DNA of 64,000 nucleotides from assembly GCA_029880285.1 (NCBI GenBank), contig JAOUOS010000001.1, forward strand, positions 131,131 to 195,130, given 5' to 3'. The first letter of the stretch is position 1, and each line of letters begins with the position of its first letter. Source of the DNA: Spirochaetia bacterium (GTDB taxonomy: Bacteria > Spirochaetota > Leptospiria > Turneriellales > JAOUOS01). Under the pieces are notes generated by a model. It searched no databases and was not told the origin of the DNA. It saw nothing but the letters and a program-made list of their open reading frames with translations. The translations under genes were made by a program, and so were the position numbers. Shown here piece by piece: positions 26,156 through 36,242 of this stretch.

Positions 26156-27376
26156 ATGTCTTCAACAGAAAATGCGATAAAGCATATTTTCAATGAACAG
26201 AATATTGAAGTAAATATAGTAAACTCAGTTAAAGATGAAAATGATTTTAATTATCATTTTTGTTTAGATATTATTGATAACAAAGATATATCGCTTTATT
26301 CTGTTTTATTATCTACTAATTATAAAACAGCAGAATGGATTGCAGTTAATTTACTAGAAAATAAAAATATTGTTCCTGAAGAAATTGACAGCTCGTTAAG
26401 AGAAATTTTAAATATTTTCTCAGGACACGTAATTCCAGATTTACCGCATGAAGGCAGAGAGTATTTATTACTCTCTCCTCCGTATATTCCCGGTAAGATT
26501 CAGGCGAATCCGAATAAAAAAGATATATTATCAAAACAATATTATTCTATGCAAAATAATAATGGAACTGATAAAAATATATCTTTTACTATTTTCAAGG
26601 CTACCAATGACAAAGAAAAATATTTTGAATCAACTGATGCTTTACCCTTAAAAGATAAATCTATTTTAATTATTGAAGACGCTAAAATAAGTAGCCGTTT
26701 TTTAAATGAAATTGTTGAAGAAATGGGAGGCAAAACTTTTCTTTTTTCAGATATTACTGAAGAAAAAAATATCTTAAAAAATTCTTATTCAGCAGCAATG
26801 GTAGATCTTATTCTGAAGGGAGGTAGCTCCTTTAATATAATTAAAAAACTAAAAATAAAATATCCAGATATTCGTTTGATTGTAATTTCGTCTTCACCAG
26901 ATTTATTAGGTAAAAATCCCGAAATTTTACCATATATAGATTTTATATTTTCAAAACCAATAGAAAAAAATACAATTAGACAGAATCTTCTCGATATGGT
27001 TCAGCATCCTATTCATGAAAGAAGAATCTCTCTTCGAAAAAAACCCATCCCCAATGTATGGATTGCGCGATATATTAAAGAATTAAATAAAACTGAATTA
27101 TTTGAAAGCCCTTTTATAATTGAAACTTCAAAAGAGGGGTTCTCATTTCAATCTTATTTTAATTATGATAAAGATGATGAAATAATTATCTGGGTATATG
27201 ATTTGGTTCATGAGGGCATATTAGAGTTATGCGGTAAGATAGCTTGGGTAAAAAAAATTGAAAATCCCAAAAAAGTAAAGCTTCTATTATATCAATATGG
27301 TGTTCATATCGATACTCAAAAAAGTAAAAACTCAACAGAATATATAGAGACAATTTTAAAACAGCCAGAATTTTAA
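26156..27376 (+). CDS. Tri-domain protein: CheX/CheC-like phosphatase module + receiver domain + PilZ domain
   Basis: aa 79-109 give an exact S-x3-E-x2-N-x22-P CheC/CheX active-site pattern (SSLREILN...P). aa ~168-285 are receiver-like (IIEDA, MVDLIL, VISS, FSKPI). aa ~285-400 carry PilZ motifs (RRISLR = RxxxR; ETSKEG resembling D/NxSxxG). Confidence 0.7.
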   Translation: MSSTENAIKHIFNEQNIEVNIVNSVKDENDFNYHFCLDIIDNKDISLYSVLLSTNYKTAEWIAVNLLENKNIVPEEIDSSLREILNIFSGHVIPDLPHEGREYLLLSPPYIPGKIQANPNKKDILSKQYYSMQNNNGTDKNISFTIFKATNDKEKYFESTDALPLKDKSILIIEDAKISSRFLNEIVEEMGGKTFLFSDITEEKNILKNSYSAAMVDLILKGGSSFNIIKKLKIKYPDIRLIVISSSPDLLGKNPEILPYIDFIFSKPIEKNTIRQNLLDMVQHPIHERRISLRKKPIPNVWIARYIKELNKTELFESPFIIETSKEGFSFQSYFNYDKDDEIIIWVYDLVHEGILELCGKIAWVKKIENPKKVKLLLYQYGVHIDTQKSKNSTEYIETILKQPEF

Positions 27377-27379
27377 TTT

Positions 27380-28600
27380 CTAATAAATTCTATTTCTATA
27401 AAAAAAGAATCCAATAATTATATTAAATATATTTGCCGACCAAGCGGCTACAAATGTGGGAATAAACTCAAATTTTTCTATGATAGAGTCTGCTCCTAAA
27501 AATAATATATAATATAAAAATATGAAAACAATAGAAATACCAAGCCCTATACCCTTCCCGCTTCTTTTATTAGTAATTCCAATGGGAAATCCAAGATAAA
27601 TAAAAGTCAATGCCGCAAATGACAATGCTATCCTTTTATGAAGCTCTAATTTAGCTTTTCGAACTTGACTTTTATCATTTTTCTTAATTTTTTTATTTTC
27701 AACATTCATTTTTATATCTTTTTCTTTATCTAATTGTATTATACTTATAAGTTCATTATATTTTTTACTTTGCAAATTTTGAATATCATTATTATCCTCA
27801 TTATATTCGGCGGGTAACTCATAAATATTTATATCAATACTGCCTTTATGAAAATCAATTCTCTGAAAAGTTTGAGATTCTTTATCCCTTAAAAAAATAT
27901 ATCCTTCATAAAGCCTTAAAGCTCTAATATTTTCTTTACTTTCATCTTTTTTTTGTATTTTTATACCTTTTCTTGCTATTATTAACTGAGTAAGTCTATA
28001 TATTTTATCATTTCCCTTTTCAGTTGTTCTAATTTGTATATTTTTTAATATTTCATTATCTTTATTTTTTTCTATATCTTCAATATAAACATGCCTTTCT
28101 AATTTTTCAGTTTTATCTAAAGTAGTAAATTGTCCTTTTTCTAAAATAGCAATAGGATCATACTGGTAAATATTGCTCATAGCCGTTCTCATTTTTGAAA
28201 AACAATTTGGGTTTATTTCAAAATTAAACCAAATTAAAAGAATCGTTATTAATAAACCAAAATATAGTAACGGATTAAATATTTTATAATATGACACTCC
28301 TCCGGCTCGCATTGCTGTAATTTCAGTATCAGCATTTAATCCGCTTATTGAAATAATAACAGCAAATAGTATAGACATAGGAATCGTAATACTAATGGTC
28401 CATCCAGTTGAATTTATTAATAAATCAAAAATTAAGTTGAAGGGTATTCCTTTTTCAACAGCTGCTTTAATAGCCTCTTTTAAATAAAATAATAAATGAA
28501 TAAAAGTAAAAAATAATACTCCGGTAAGAAATGGAGTAATAAAACTTCTCAATAAATATCTATTAAGAATTCGCGGATATAATTTTAAAATAAAGCTCAT
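27380..28600 (-). CDS. LptF/LptG-family (YjgP/YjgQ) permease
   Basis: ~400 aa with three N-terminal TMs, a large periplasmic beta-jellyroll-like insert and three C-terminal TMs. N-terminal ILNRYLLRSFITPFL is typical of the family. Confidence 0.7.
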   Translation of the reverse strand: MSFILKLYPRILNRYLLRSFITPFLTGVLFFTFIHLLFYLKEAIKAAVEKGIPFNLIFDLLINSTGWTISITIPMSILFAVIISISGLNADTEITAMRAGGVSYYKIFNPLLYFGLLITILLIWFNFEINPNCFSKMRTAMSNIYQYDPIAILEKGQFTTLDKTEKLERHVYIEDIEKNKDNEILKNIQIRTTEKGNDKIYRLTQLIIARKGIKIQKKDESKENIRALRLYEGYIFLRDKESQTFQRIDFHKGSIDINIYELPAEYNEDNNDIQNLQSKKYNELISIIQLDKEKDIKMNVENKKIKKNDKSQVRKAKLELHKRIALSFAALTFIYLGFPIGITNKRSGKGIGLGISIVFIFLYYILFLGADSIIEKFEFIPTFVAAWSANIFNIIIGFFFYRNRIY

Positions 28601-28977
28601 TTAATATTTACATCATACGTATATGTAATGGTTCCTTCTGTTAATTCATAAACAATTAGTGTTCCATTACCTAAATCAATTTTTTCTTCTTGTATCGAAA
28701 ACTTTTTTGTTTCAACCAAATCAGCTTTTTTTTTCATTTGACCAAAATATTCTTCATAATAAAATTCAACTTCAGAAGAATCTGCTCCCATAAATCTCCA
28801 ATATGCAAATATCACCTCTTCTTCATTGTTTGCTTTTACATCAAGTTTAGTAAAACTTACAATTATATCGCCTTTTTTGGCAGTCGCATATTCTTTGTTT
28901 GGTAATTCTCTTTTAACAATAACTTTGCCGCATGAAAGCAAATAAAAAAAAATCATATATTTAATATATTTTTTCAT
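28597..28977 (-). CDS. Small putative lipoprotein
   Basis: Signal plus lipobox-like FYLLSCGK. Its stop overlaps the lptF/G-like start by 4 nt. Confidence 0.45.
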   Translation of the reverse strand: MKKYIKYMIFFYLLSCGKVIVKRELPNKEYATAKKGDIIVSFTKLDVKANNEEEVIFAYWRFMGADSSEVEFYYEEYFGQMKKKADLVETKKFSIQEEKIDLGNGTLIVYELTEGTITYTYDVNIK

Positions 28978-28995
28978 ATCTTTTCTTTACACTTT

Positions 28996-29775
28996 TCAAG
29001 AGTTATTATAATTTTTATGATATAAAAACAATAACCCTCTGAGTGTCAAATTTTTATCTATTATATCAAAAATTTCCTGAATAAAATATAAATTTTCTGA
29101 AATACCGCCTGTAGCGATTAAAATCAATTTATCTTCTTGATTTTTATGATGTATTTTTACATAATTTTTTATTTCTTGTATAATTTCTTTTACCAGACCT
29201 TTCCAACCATAATATAATCCTGATTTCATTGCCAATTCGGTGGATTTTCCTAAAATATTTTTTTGATTTTCTATTTCAATTTTTTTTAACGCCGCTGTTT
29301 TTTCAACCAAGCTGTCTAAAGCAATTTTTATACCCGGAGTTATTAATCCTCCCTGGTATACAGAATCTACAATTAAACAAAAAGTGATAGCCGTTCCAAA
29401 ATCTACGATTATTACATTTTTTCCATAATTTAAAACTGCTCCCGCTGCATTGGCTAGCCTATCGGCTCCTAAGGTTTCTTTATTTTGATAATTAAATTCA
29501 TATGGCATTTCTAATTTTAAATTCAATATAAATATATTTTTAATACCAAATTCTTTTAGAATTTTTTCTATTTTATTATTTAAAGATGGTACAACTGAAC
29601 AATAAATTGCTCTATCACAAATCAAGCTTTTGTTTTTATATTTAACTAAATTGTTTTCACAATCATTTATAATATTTTTTGATTTTGTATTTACACGAAA
29701 TGAATTAATTATTGAGTTTTTTTCCCAAAAGGCAAAAATTGTATCAGTATTGCCTATATCAATAGTTAAGATCAT
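28996..29775 (-). CDS. coaX: Type III pantothenate kinase
   Basis: ILTIDIGNTDT, GADRLANAAGA, IIVDFGTAITF, ATGG. Confidence 0.9.
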   Translation of the reverse strand: MILTIDIGNTDTIFAFWEKNSIINSFRVNTKSKNIINDCENNLVKYKNKSLICDRAIYCSVVPSLNNKIEKILKEFGIKNIFILNLKLEMPYEFNYQNKETLGADRLANAAGAVLNYGKNVIIVDFGTAITFCLIVDSVYQGGLITPGIKIALDSLVEKTAALKKIEIENQKNILGKSTELAMKSGLYYGWKGLVKEIIQEIKNYVKIHHKNQEDKLILIATGGISENLYFIQEIFDIIDKNLTLRGLLFLYHKNYNNS

Positions 29776-29778
29776 TCA

Positions 29779-30960
29779 TTACCGATATCCTGTAGGCATT
29801 TCGACAATTTTTATTTTTGCGTTTTTTGTTTTACCCTCAGATATTAATTGCATTTCTATTATACCACCCACGCCTTTTTTAATTACTGCTGATTTTAATA
29901 TAGAAAATTTTATTGCCTCTTTATTTTCTACATGGGTTATAAAATCATATGGTCTTATGCCTGCTTTCCATGCTGGTGAACCAATAACTACCTGAGCGAC
30001 AAGCAATCCCGTTTTACCTAATAAATTAAGTTCTTTTAACTGTTCTTCGGTTACATCAGGATTAACTGAAACCCCTATATATCCCGGCTTTATTTCTTTT
30101 CCTGTTTTTAGTCTTTCTAAAACCTCAACTGCATAATTTATTGGTATAGCAAATCCAATGCCCACAGAACCGCCTGATTGTGAGTATATCATTTGATTTA
30201 TTCCCACTACTTCACCTTTTAAATTTAACAAAGGCCCGCCAGAATTTCCCGGATTTATTGCCGCGTCGGTTTGAATTCTCGCGATACCATCGGGAGTATT
30301 TATATCCTGCCCTTTTGATGATATAACGCCAATGGTAAATGTAGAAGAAAGCCCAAATGGGTTTCCTATTGCTATGGCGAAATCTCCTACTTCTATTTGA
30401 TCAGAATCTCCTATGTGTACAGTTTTAAGATTTTTTGCGTCATTAATTTTTATTAAAGCGATATCTGAAGTAGAATCTGCTCCAATCACTTTGGCGTCAA
30501 ATGATTTTCCTGAAATCATTTTTACAATGATTTTATCAGCGTTTTTCACAACATGATCGTTTGTCACGACGTATCCATCTTCACTTATCACAAAACCTGA
30601 GCCCAGGCCCTGTCTTTTTTGTTTAGGTGATTCATCATTTGGCATTCCAAAAAACCTTCTAAACATGGGATCACTAAAAAAAGGATGCTGGGGCAGATCA
30701 ACCGTTTGTTCTGTTTCTATTCTTACTACAGCAGGGTTTACTTCTTTATGAATTTCTCTTAGAGCATCCTGCAATACTAAAGCTCCTTTTACTGATTCTG
30801 AATTAAGCAGAGGATTTTTTTCATTTGCATTCGCAAAAGTTTCTGTTCTTTCTTTACATCTGCTAATAAATGGTGAAAAAAATGTACCGGCTAAAAAAGT
30901 AAATATTACTATATTTAAAAACCCTAGTTTCGTAATTTTAAATTTTTGTTTAAAACTCAT
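29779..30960 (-). CDS. htrA: HtrA/DegP-family periplasmic serine protease with one PDZ domain
   Basis: Catalytic triad context (TNDHVV, DIALIK, GNSGGPLLN) followed by a PDZ-like C-terminus. Confidence 0.9.
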   Translation of the reverse strand: MSFKQKFKITKLGFLNIVIFTFLAGTFFSPFISRCKERTETFANANEKNPLLNSESVKGALVLQDALREIHKEVNPAVVRIETEQTVDLPQHPFFSDPMFRRFFGMPNDESPKQKRQGLGSGFVISEDGYVVTNDHVVKNADKIIVKMISGKSFDAKVIGADSTSDIALIKINDAKNLKTVHIGDSDQIEVGDFAIAIGNPFGLSSTFTIGVISSKGQDINTPDGIARIQTDAAINPGNSGGPLLNLKGEVVGINQMIYSQSGGSVGIGFAIPINYAVEVLERLKTGKEIKPGYIGVSVNPDVTEEQLKELNLLGKTGLLVAQVVIGSPAWKAGIRPYDFITHVENKEAIKFSILKSAVIKKGVGGIIEMQLISEGKTKNAKIKIVEMPTGYR

Positions 30961-31043
30961 TTTCTATTTTCTCCTATTAACATATATTTAATGTTATAAA
31001 ACTTAATTATTTTTTCAAGTAAAAAAAATAAAATAAAGAATTT

Positions 31044-32633
31044 TTATCGAAAATTTAAAGAGGCAAACATTGCTCTTTCTACTATGAAATCAGAGAATAT
31101 TCCAATTATTAAAATAAGTATTCCTAGCGAAATTCCCGATATCCAAGCAGACACACTTTTAAATGCAAATGATTTTTCTTCTGATTTTTCATCTTCAAAA
31201 TCCCAGTAACAATTAAAAACCACTCTGGCGTAATAATATACCCCAATTAAACTGTTTATTGTAACCATTAGAGCTAAAAATATTTCATTTTCTTTAAATA
31301 ATACTCTTAGTAAATAAAACTTACCGTAAAACCCTACAAGAGGAGGAATACCGGCAAACGACAAAGAGCCCATAGATAATAAAAACGCTGAAATTGGATT
31401 TCTTTTAGATAAACCCTTAAGATCTTCAAAAGTAATTTGTACTCTATCATTATTCTTTTTAGTAATATTTTCAAGATATGCTATAACTCCAAAAACAAGT
31501 ATACTGCCCAAAGCATAACCCCAAGCGTAAAAAAATAAAGAACCAGACGCTTCTGCATGTATTAAATATCCTGTACGAGATGTATTGGGAATTACAAATA
31601 AAGCAGCCATGTATCCCGCGTGCGAAATAGATGAAAAGGCGAACATTCTTTTAATATTAGTTTGAACTAAAGCAGTAAAATTACCATAAAACATAGACAA
31701 TACGGATAATATAATAATTGTCAACATTATAGGTTCTCCCATCGGTTTACCTAAAAGAATCATTAATTTATAAAATACTGATACAGATGCGATTTTTACT
31801 AAACCAGCCATAAAAGCTGTTACAATAGTTAGACTTCCTTCATATACATCGGCCACCCATCCATGAAATGGAAATAACGCTACCTTAAAGCCTATACCCA
31901 CTAATACTAAAATAAGCCCTGCTGAGTACAATCTTTTCATATCAGTTGAGATGCCAGTACCTTCAATTAAACCATTTATATCTAATAGGTTCATACTTCC
32001 GCTTGCTCCATACAATAACGCCGACCCTAAAAGTAAGAACGCAACAGAAAATACACCCAGCAAGAAATATTTCATACCCGCTTCATTAGCAGATTTATTT
32101 TTTCTATCCCATGCTGCTAACACAAATAAAGGCAAAGAAGCCAGCTCTAAACCTATAAATATCATAATTAAATTATTCGCCGTAACAAAAAATAATAAAC
32201 CCGCTCCTGTATATAATATCATTTGGTAAGCTTCAGATAAATTTAAATTGATATCTTTTAATATTTTTGGTGTAAATAGAAGAGTTAACAAAAGACAGCT
32301 CAATATACCAAAAACATAGAGACCAGAATACGCGTTCCATATTGTATGCCCTGAAAAAGCGCTTATTTTCGATAGTTTATCAAAACCTATTAAGAAACCT
32401 GAATATGTCAAACCACTTGCCCCTTGGCCAAATATAGAAACCAAAGCTTCTGAAGATAAACCAAATATTGAAATTAATGTAGATATGGTAACGGCTATAA
32501 TTGATATTATAAATGCGCTTTCTGTTCTATACCGTGGCAATGAAATCTGCAATATTAATATAATTAAAGCCCCTGAAACTAATATTAAATGAGGAAATAT
32601 TGCAATAATATCTGTTACTTGAAAAAAGCTCAT
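31044..32633 (-). CDS. nuoN: NADH-quinone oxidoreductase subunit N
   Basis: Antiporter-like polytopic protein at the last position of the operon, with NuoN-type motifs (KVALFPFHGWVADVYEG). Confidence 0.9.
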   Translation of the reverse strand: MSFFQVTDIIAIFPHLILVSGALIILILQISLPRYRTESAFIISIIAVTISTLISIFGLSSEALVSIFGQGASGLTYSGFLIGFDKLSKISAFSGHTIWNAYSGLYVFGILSCLLLTLLFTPKILKDINLNLSEAYQMILYTGAGLLFFVTANNLIMIFIGLELASLPLFVLAAWDRKNKSANEAGMKYFLLGVFSVAFLLLGSALLYGASGSMNLLDINGLIEGTGISTDMKRLYSAGLILVLVGIGFKVALFPFHGWVADVYEGSLTIVTAFMAGLVKIASVSVFYKLMILLGKPMGEPIMLTIIILSVLSMFYGNFTALVQTNIKRMFAFSSISHAGYMAALFVIPNTSRTGYLIHAEASGSLFFYAWGYALGSILVFGVIAYLENITKKNNDRVQITFEDLKGLSKRNPISAFLLSMGSLSFAGIPPLVGFYGKFYLLRVLFKENEIFLALMVTINSLIGVYYYARVVFNCYWDFEDEKSEEKSFAFKSVSAWISGISLGILILIIGIFSDFIVERAMFASLNFR

Positions 32634-34234
32634 GAGCCTTCCCCCGATTTTTCTATATTTTCTTTTTTATCTACAGCTTTAATATTCTCACCGATATTCA
32701 TATTTGTTTGAATATTTTGGGACTGTGAAATATTTTTTTGTAGCACAGCTTTTGTAGTATCTAACAATAACCCCGGTTTAATACCAAGCCAAAATATCAT
32801 AATGACAAAGGGAACTGTAATTATTGCCTCTTTAAAAGTTATATTTAAAGAGATTTTTTCTTTTACTTTTAATAATGCTTCAGAAGGTTTGCCCCAAAAA
32901 ACTTGTTTATATAAATGAAGCATGTATACTGCGCCAAAAATTACTCCAGTAACGGCAAAAACAGTAATTATCGGACTTGTAAGAAAAGTTCCAATTAATA
33001 TTAAAAATTCACCCACAAACCCGTTTGTACCAGGCAACCCAACTGAACTTAATGTCGCTATCATAAATATAATGGCATAAACGGGCGAAAGTTTCGCCAG
33101 ACCGCCGTAATTATCAATTTCTCTTGTATGAGTTCTATCATAAATGATACCAACAAGAAGGAATAAAAGTCCTGTAGAAATGCCATGGTTTATCATCTGC
33201 ATATAAGCGCCTGATAATCCTATTATATTACCAGAGAACATTCCTAATATTATATATCCCATGTGTGAAACAGAGGAGTACGCTACTAGTTTTTTTACAT
33301 CTGTTTGCGCCCATGCCAGCCATGCTCCATATATTATTCCTATTACACCTATTAACATGAAAAAGTTTGTATATATTTTAGATACCATAGGAAAAAATGG
33401 AAGTGAAAAACGCATTATACCATATGTTCCCATTTTAAGCAGTACACCGGCTAAGATCACTGAACCAACTGTTGGAGCCTCAGTGTGCGCGTGCGGTAGC
33501 CATGTGTGTACAGGAAAGGCCGGAATTTTAATTATAAAACTTATAATAAACGCCCAAAAAAGATAATGTTTAATATGTTTAGGAAAATTATTTAAACTCA
33601 TTATTAAATTATCTGTTATATCAAAAGAAAGTTTTCCGTCTGTATTAAAAAACAATATTGCGATAATACCAAAAATTAAAAATACTGAACCGCCAAAAGT
33701 ATAAATAAAAAATTTAATTGTGGCGTATTTTCTATTTTTACCTCCCCAAATACCTATTAATAATACCATGGGAACCAGCATTAATTCCCAAAAAACATAA
33801 AAAACAATTAAATTTTGAGCAGCAAAAACTCCTAGTACACTAGTCTCTAATATAAGAAGACTACTCCAAAAAAGTTTTTCTCTGTGCGGTTTTTCATTTT
33901 GTTTGCTTCTTATTTCAAGACTCACGTAAGAATAATAAATTCCAAGCGGGAAAAGCACCGCGGTTAAAATATAAAGTCCAAAACTTAATCCATCGAGCGC
34001 AAAACTCCAGTTAATACCGCTTAAAGAAGATAAAAACCATGTTTCAGTTAATTGAAAATTCTCGTTTTCTAAAGAGAATTGACCGGCAATTACAAAAGAA
34101 GCTATCATAGATATTATGCTGGCTGCCATTGAAATATACATCAATAATTTATTGGGCTTATCTTTTTGCGAGGATGGTAATAAAGAAATTATTACTACCG
34201 CCAGAAGAGGAGCAATGATACTTAAAGTAAGCAT
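32630..34234 (-). CDS. nuoM: NADH-quinone oxidoreductase subunit M
   Basis: PAFPVHTWLPHAHTEAPT, KLVAYSSVSHMG. Confidence 0.9.
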   Translation of the reverse strand: MLTLSIIAPLLAVVIISLLPSSQKDKPNKLLMYISMAASIISMIASFVIAGQFSLENENFQLTETWFLSSLSGINWSFALDGLSFGLYILTAVLFPLGIYYSYVSLEIRSKQNEKPHREKLFWSSLLILETSVLGVFAAQNLIVFYVFWELMLVPMVLLIGIWGGKNRKYATIKFFIYTFGGSVFLIFGIIAILFFNTDGKLSFDITDNLIMSLNNFPKHIKHYLFWAFIISFIIKIPAFPVHTWLPHAHTEAPTVGSVILAGVLLKMGTYGIMRFSLPFFPMVSKIYTNFFMLIGVIGIIYGAWLAWAQTDVKKLVAYSSVSHMGYIILGMFSGNIIGLSGAYMQMINHGISTGLLFLLVGIIYDRTHTREIDNYGGLAKLSPVYAIIFMIATLSSVGLPGTNGFVGEFLILIGTFLTSPIITVFAVTGVIFGAVYMLHLYKQVFWGKPSEALLKVKEKISLNITFKEAIITVPFVIMIFWLGIKPGLLLDTTKAVLQKNISQSQNIQTNMNIGENIKAVDKKENIEKSGEGS

Positions 34235-36237
34235 TATTTTATACCTCCATAAATGATTACTGTTAATAGTAATGTTCCAGCCGCGATATAAAACGCGTAA
34301 TGCGCTGTTATTCCCGTCTGCATTTTTCTAAAAACCGAACCTATTTTTAATGTATTTTTTCCTAAGGCGTCAACAAAGGCATCTATTATTTTATCATCAA
34401 TAACTTTATAAGAAAAAACCGCCAGTTTTTTTATAGGTTTTAGTAAGAATATTTCGTAAATTTCATCAACAAAAAATTTATTAAAGCTTAAATTCACAAA
34501 GAAAGACCGTTTTTTTGAATCTTCACTCGGTATATTGTTTTGTTTTTCATATCTAAACCAAGCAAATAATAATCCTATAAAAGCTACTAAAATAGATCCA
34601 AACATTAAACTGTAGGCTAATCCCCCGTCAATATGATTATGCCATGATTTTGAAAGTTCTGTGGGCGGCACAGCTAATACTTTGTCAAAATACTGAACAA
34701 TTCCCGGAGTTTGATGAGTTATCACATGCGGTAACCCAACATATCCACCAAATACAGATAGTACACCTAAAATCACAAGTGGTCCTAAAATATTCCATCT
34801 TAAAGGATGTAAGGTCTCATGATGACCGTGTCCATGACCATGTTCATCATGGTGGTGATGTATGGCCTCTTTCATTTTTTTAACGGCATCGCCGCTTGTA
34901 TGAAAGGTTAAAAAAATTAATCTAAAAATATAAAAACTAGTTAATATAGCGGTTAAAAATCCCATTAAGAATAAGATACTTCCACCGTACTTATATGTAA
35001 ATGCCATTTCAAGAATCATATCTTTTGAGAAAAATCCAGATAATCCCGGTATTCCTGAAATCGCAATGGCCGCTATCCAAAAAAGGATCGCTACTAGTTT
35101 GATATGTTTGTATAACCCGCCCATTCTTCTCATATCCTGTTCATGATGTAAGGCAATAATTACTGCGCCCGAACCTAAAAATAATAAGGCTTTAAAAAAA
35201 GCATGGGTCATTAAATGAAAAAGCCCTGCCCCATAGGCCCCAACACCCATTGCCATGAACATATAACCTAACTGCGAAACCGTTGAATAAGCCAATACTT
35301 TTTTTATATCTGTCTGCGTTAACGCTATTAATGCTGATAATAAAGCTGTAAATCCGCCCACAAAGGCGATAAACGTAGAAGCTTCTGGGGCTCCTAAAAA
35401 AACAGGAGCTAATCTTGCAATCATGAATACGCCGGCTGTAACCATAGTAGCCGCATGTATTAAGGCCGATACAGGTGTTGGACCTGCCATAGCATCTGGC
35501 AGCCATACATATAAAGGAAATTGAGCCGATTTTCCCATTGCCCCGATAAACAAGCAGATGGCGATCAAATTTAATAATGAAGTATCTAATGAATTTTCAC
35601 TAAAAAATTTATTCATGATATCATAATTTAAAGTGCCGGTATGCTGAAACAACAAAAACATTCCAATTAAAAATCCCGCATCGCCAATTCTATTTGTTAT
35701 AAAAGCTTTCTTTCCCGCTTCTGCCGCGAAATCTTTATCATAATCAAAACCTATTAAAAGATAAGAGCAAAGACCAACACCTTCCCAGCCTAAAAATAAA
35801 AGAGGCAGACTGTCACCCAAAACCAAATGCAACATAGCAAAAATAAATAAATTTAAATAAGCAAAAAATCTCGCGAAATGCGGCTTTTCTTCTTCCATAT
35901 AACCTGTGGAATATATATGAATAAGCATACCAATGCCGGTTACTATCCATGCCATAAAAACAGATAAACCATCCAGTTTATATGCGAAATCTGACTTTAA
36001 ATGGCCTACATCTATCCAGGTAAAAAAGTGAGCCCCTAAGCCTGTTTTAGACATTATTATAGCATTTTCAGAAATGGTAAGTATTACAAAAATAATAAAA
36101 GATAATAGCACAGATCCCACGCCAAATAAAATCACGGCTTTTTGACTGATGGGTTCTTTTTTTAAACTAAACAATCCATTAAAAAGAAAACCTATAAAAG
36201 GAAGCCAAATTGCAGTGATGAGTAATGCTTCTGACAT
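34234..36237 (-). CDS. nuoL: NADH-quinone oxidoreductase subunit L (with His-rich insertion)
   Basis: GKSAQFPLYVWLPDAMAGPTPVSALIHAATMV, KKVLAYSTVSQLG. At 667 aa it has the long C-terminal part. It contains HHHHDEHGHGHGHH. Confidence 0.9.
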   Translation of the reverse strand: MSEALLITAIWLPFIGFLFNGLFSLKKEPISQKAVILFGVGSVLLSFIIFVILTISENAIIMSKTGLGAHFFTWIDVGHLKSDFAYKLDGLSVFMAWIVTGIGMLIHIYSTGYMEEEKPHFARFFAYLNLFIFAMLHLVLGDSLPLLFLGWEGVGLCSYLLIGFDYDKDFAAEAGKKAFITNRIGDAGFLIGMFLLFQHTGTLNYDIMNKFFSENSLDTSLLNLIAICLFIGAMGKSAQFPLYVWLPDAMAGPTPVSALIHAATMVTAGVFMIARLAPVFLGAPEASTFIAFVGGFTALLSALIALTQTDIKKVLAYSTVSQLGYMFMAMGVGAYGAGLFHLMTHAFFKALLFLGSGAVIIALHHEQDMRRMGGLYKHIKLVAILFWIAAIAISGIPGLSGFFSKDMILEMAFTYKYGGSILFLMGFLTAILTSFYIFRLIFLTFHTSGDAVKKMKEAIHHHHDEHGHGHGHHETLHPLRWNILGPLVILGVLSVFGGYVGLPHVITHQTPGIVQYFDKVLAVPPTELSKSWHNHIDGGLAYSLMFGSILVAFIGLLFAWFRYEKQNNIPSEDSKKRSFFVNLSFNKFFVDEIYEIFLLKPIKKLAVFSYKVIDDKIIDAFVDALGKNTLKIGSVFRKMQTGITAHYAFYIAAGTLLLTVIIYGGIK

Positions 36238-36242
36238 ATATT

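Noticed and set aside
25477-26193. Minus-strand ORFs 25477-25872 (131 aa) and 25912-26193 (93 aa), antisense to the two cheY genes. Also 22855-23100 and 23863-24075, antisense to cheA.
   Set aside because: They are mirror-frame shadows of strongly supported genes. Their translations are low-complexity (S/I/F-rich) with no motifs, while the sense strands have clear CheY and CheA signatures.
29630-29995. 121-aa plus-strand ORF spanning the coaX/htrA junction
   Set aside because: It is antisense to two well-supported genes and crosses their boundary. Its translation is hydrophobic and low-complexity, typical of an AT-rich antisense frame.
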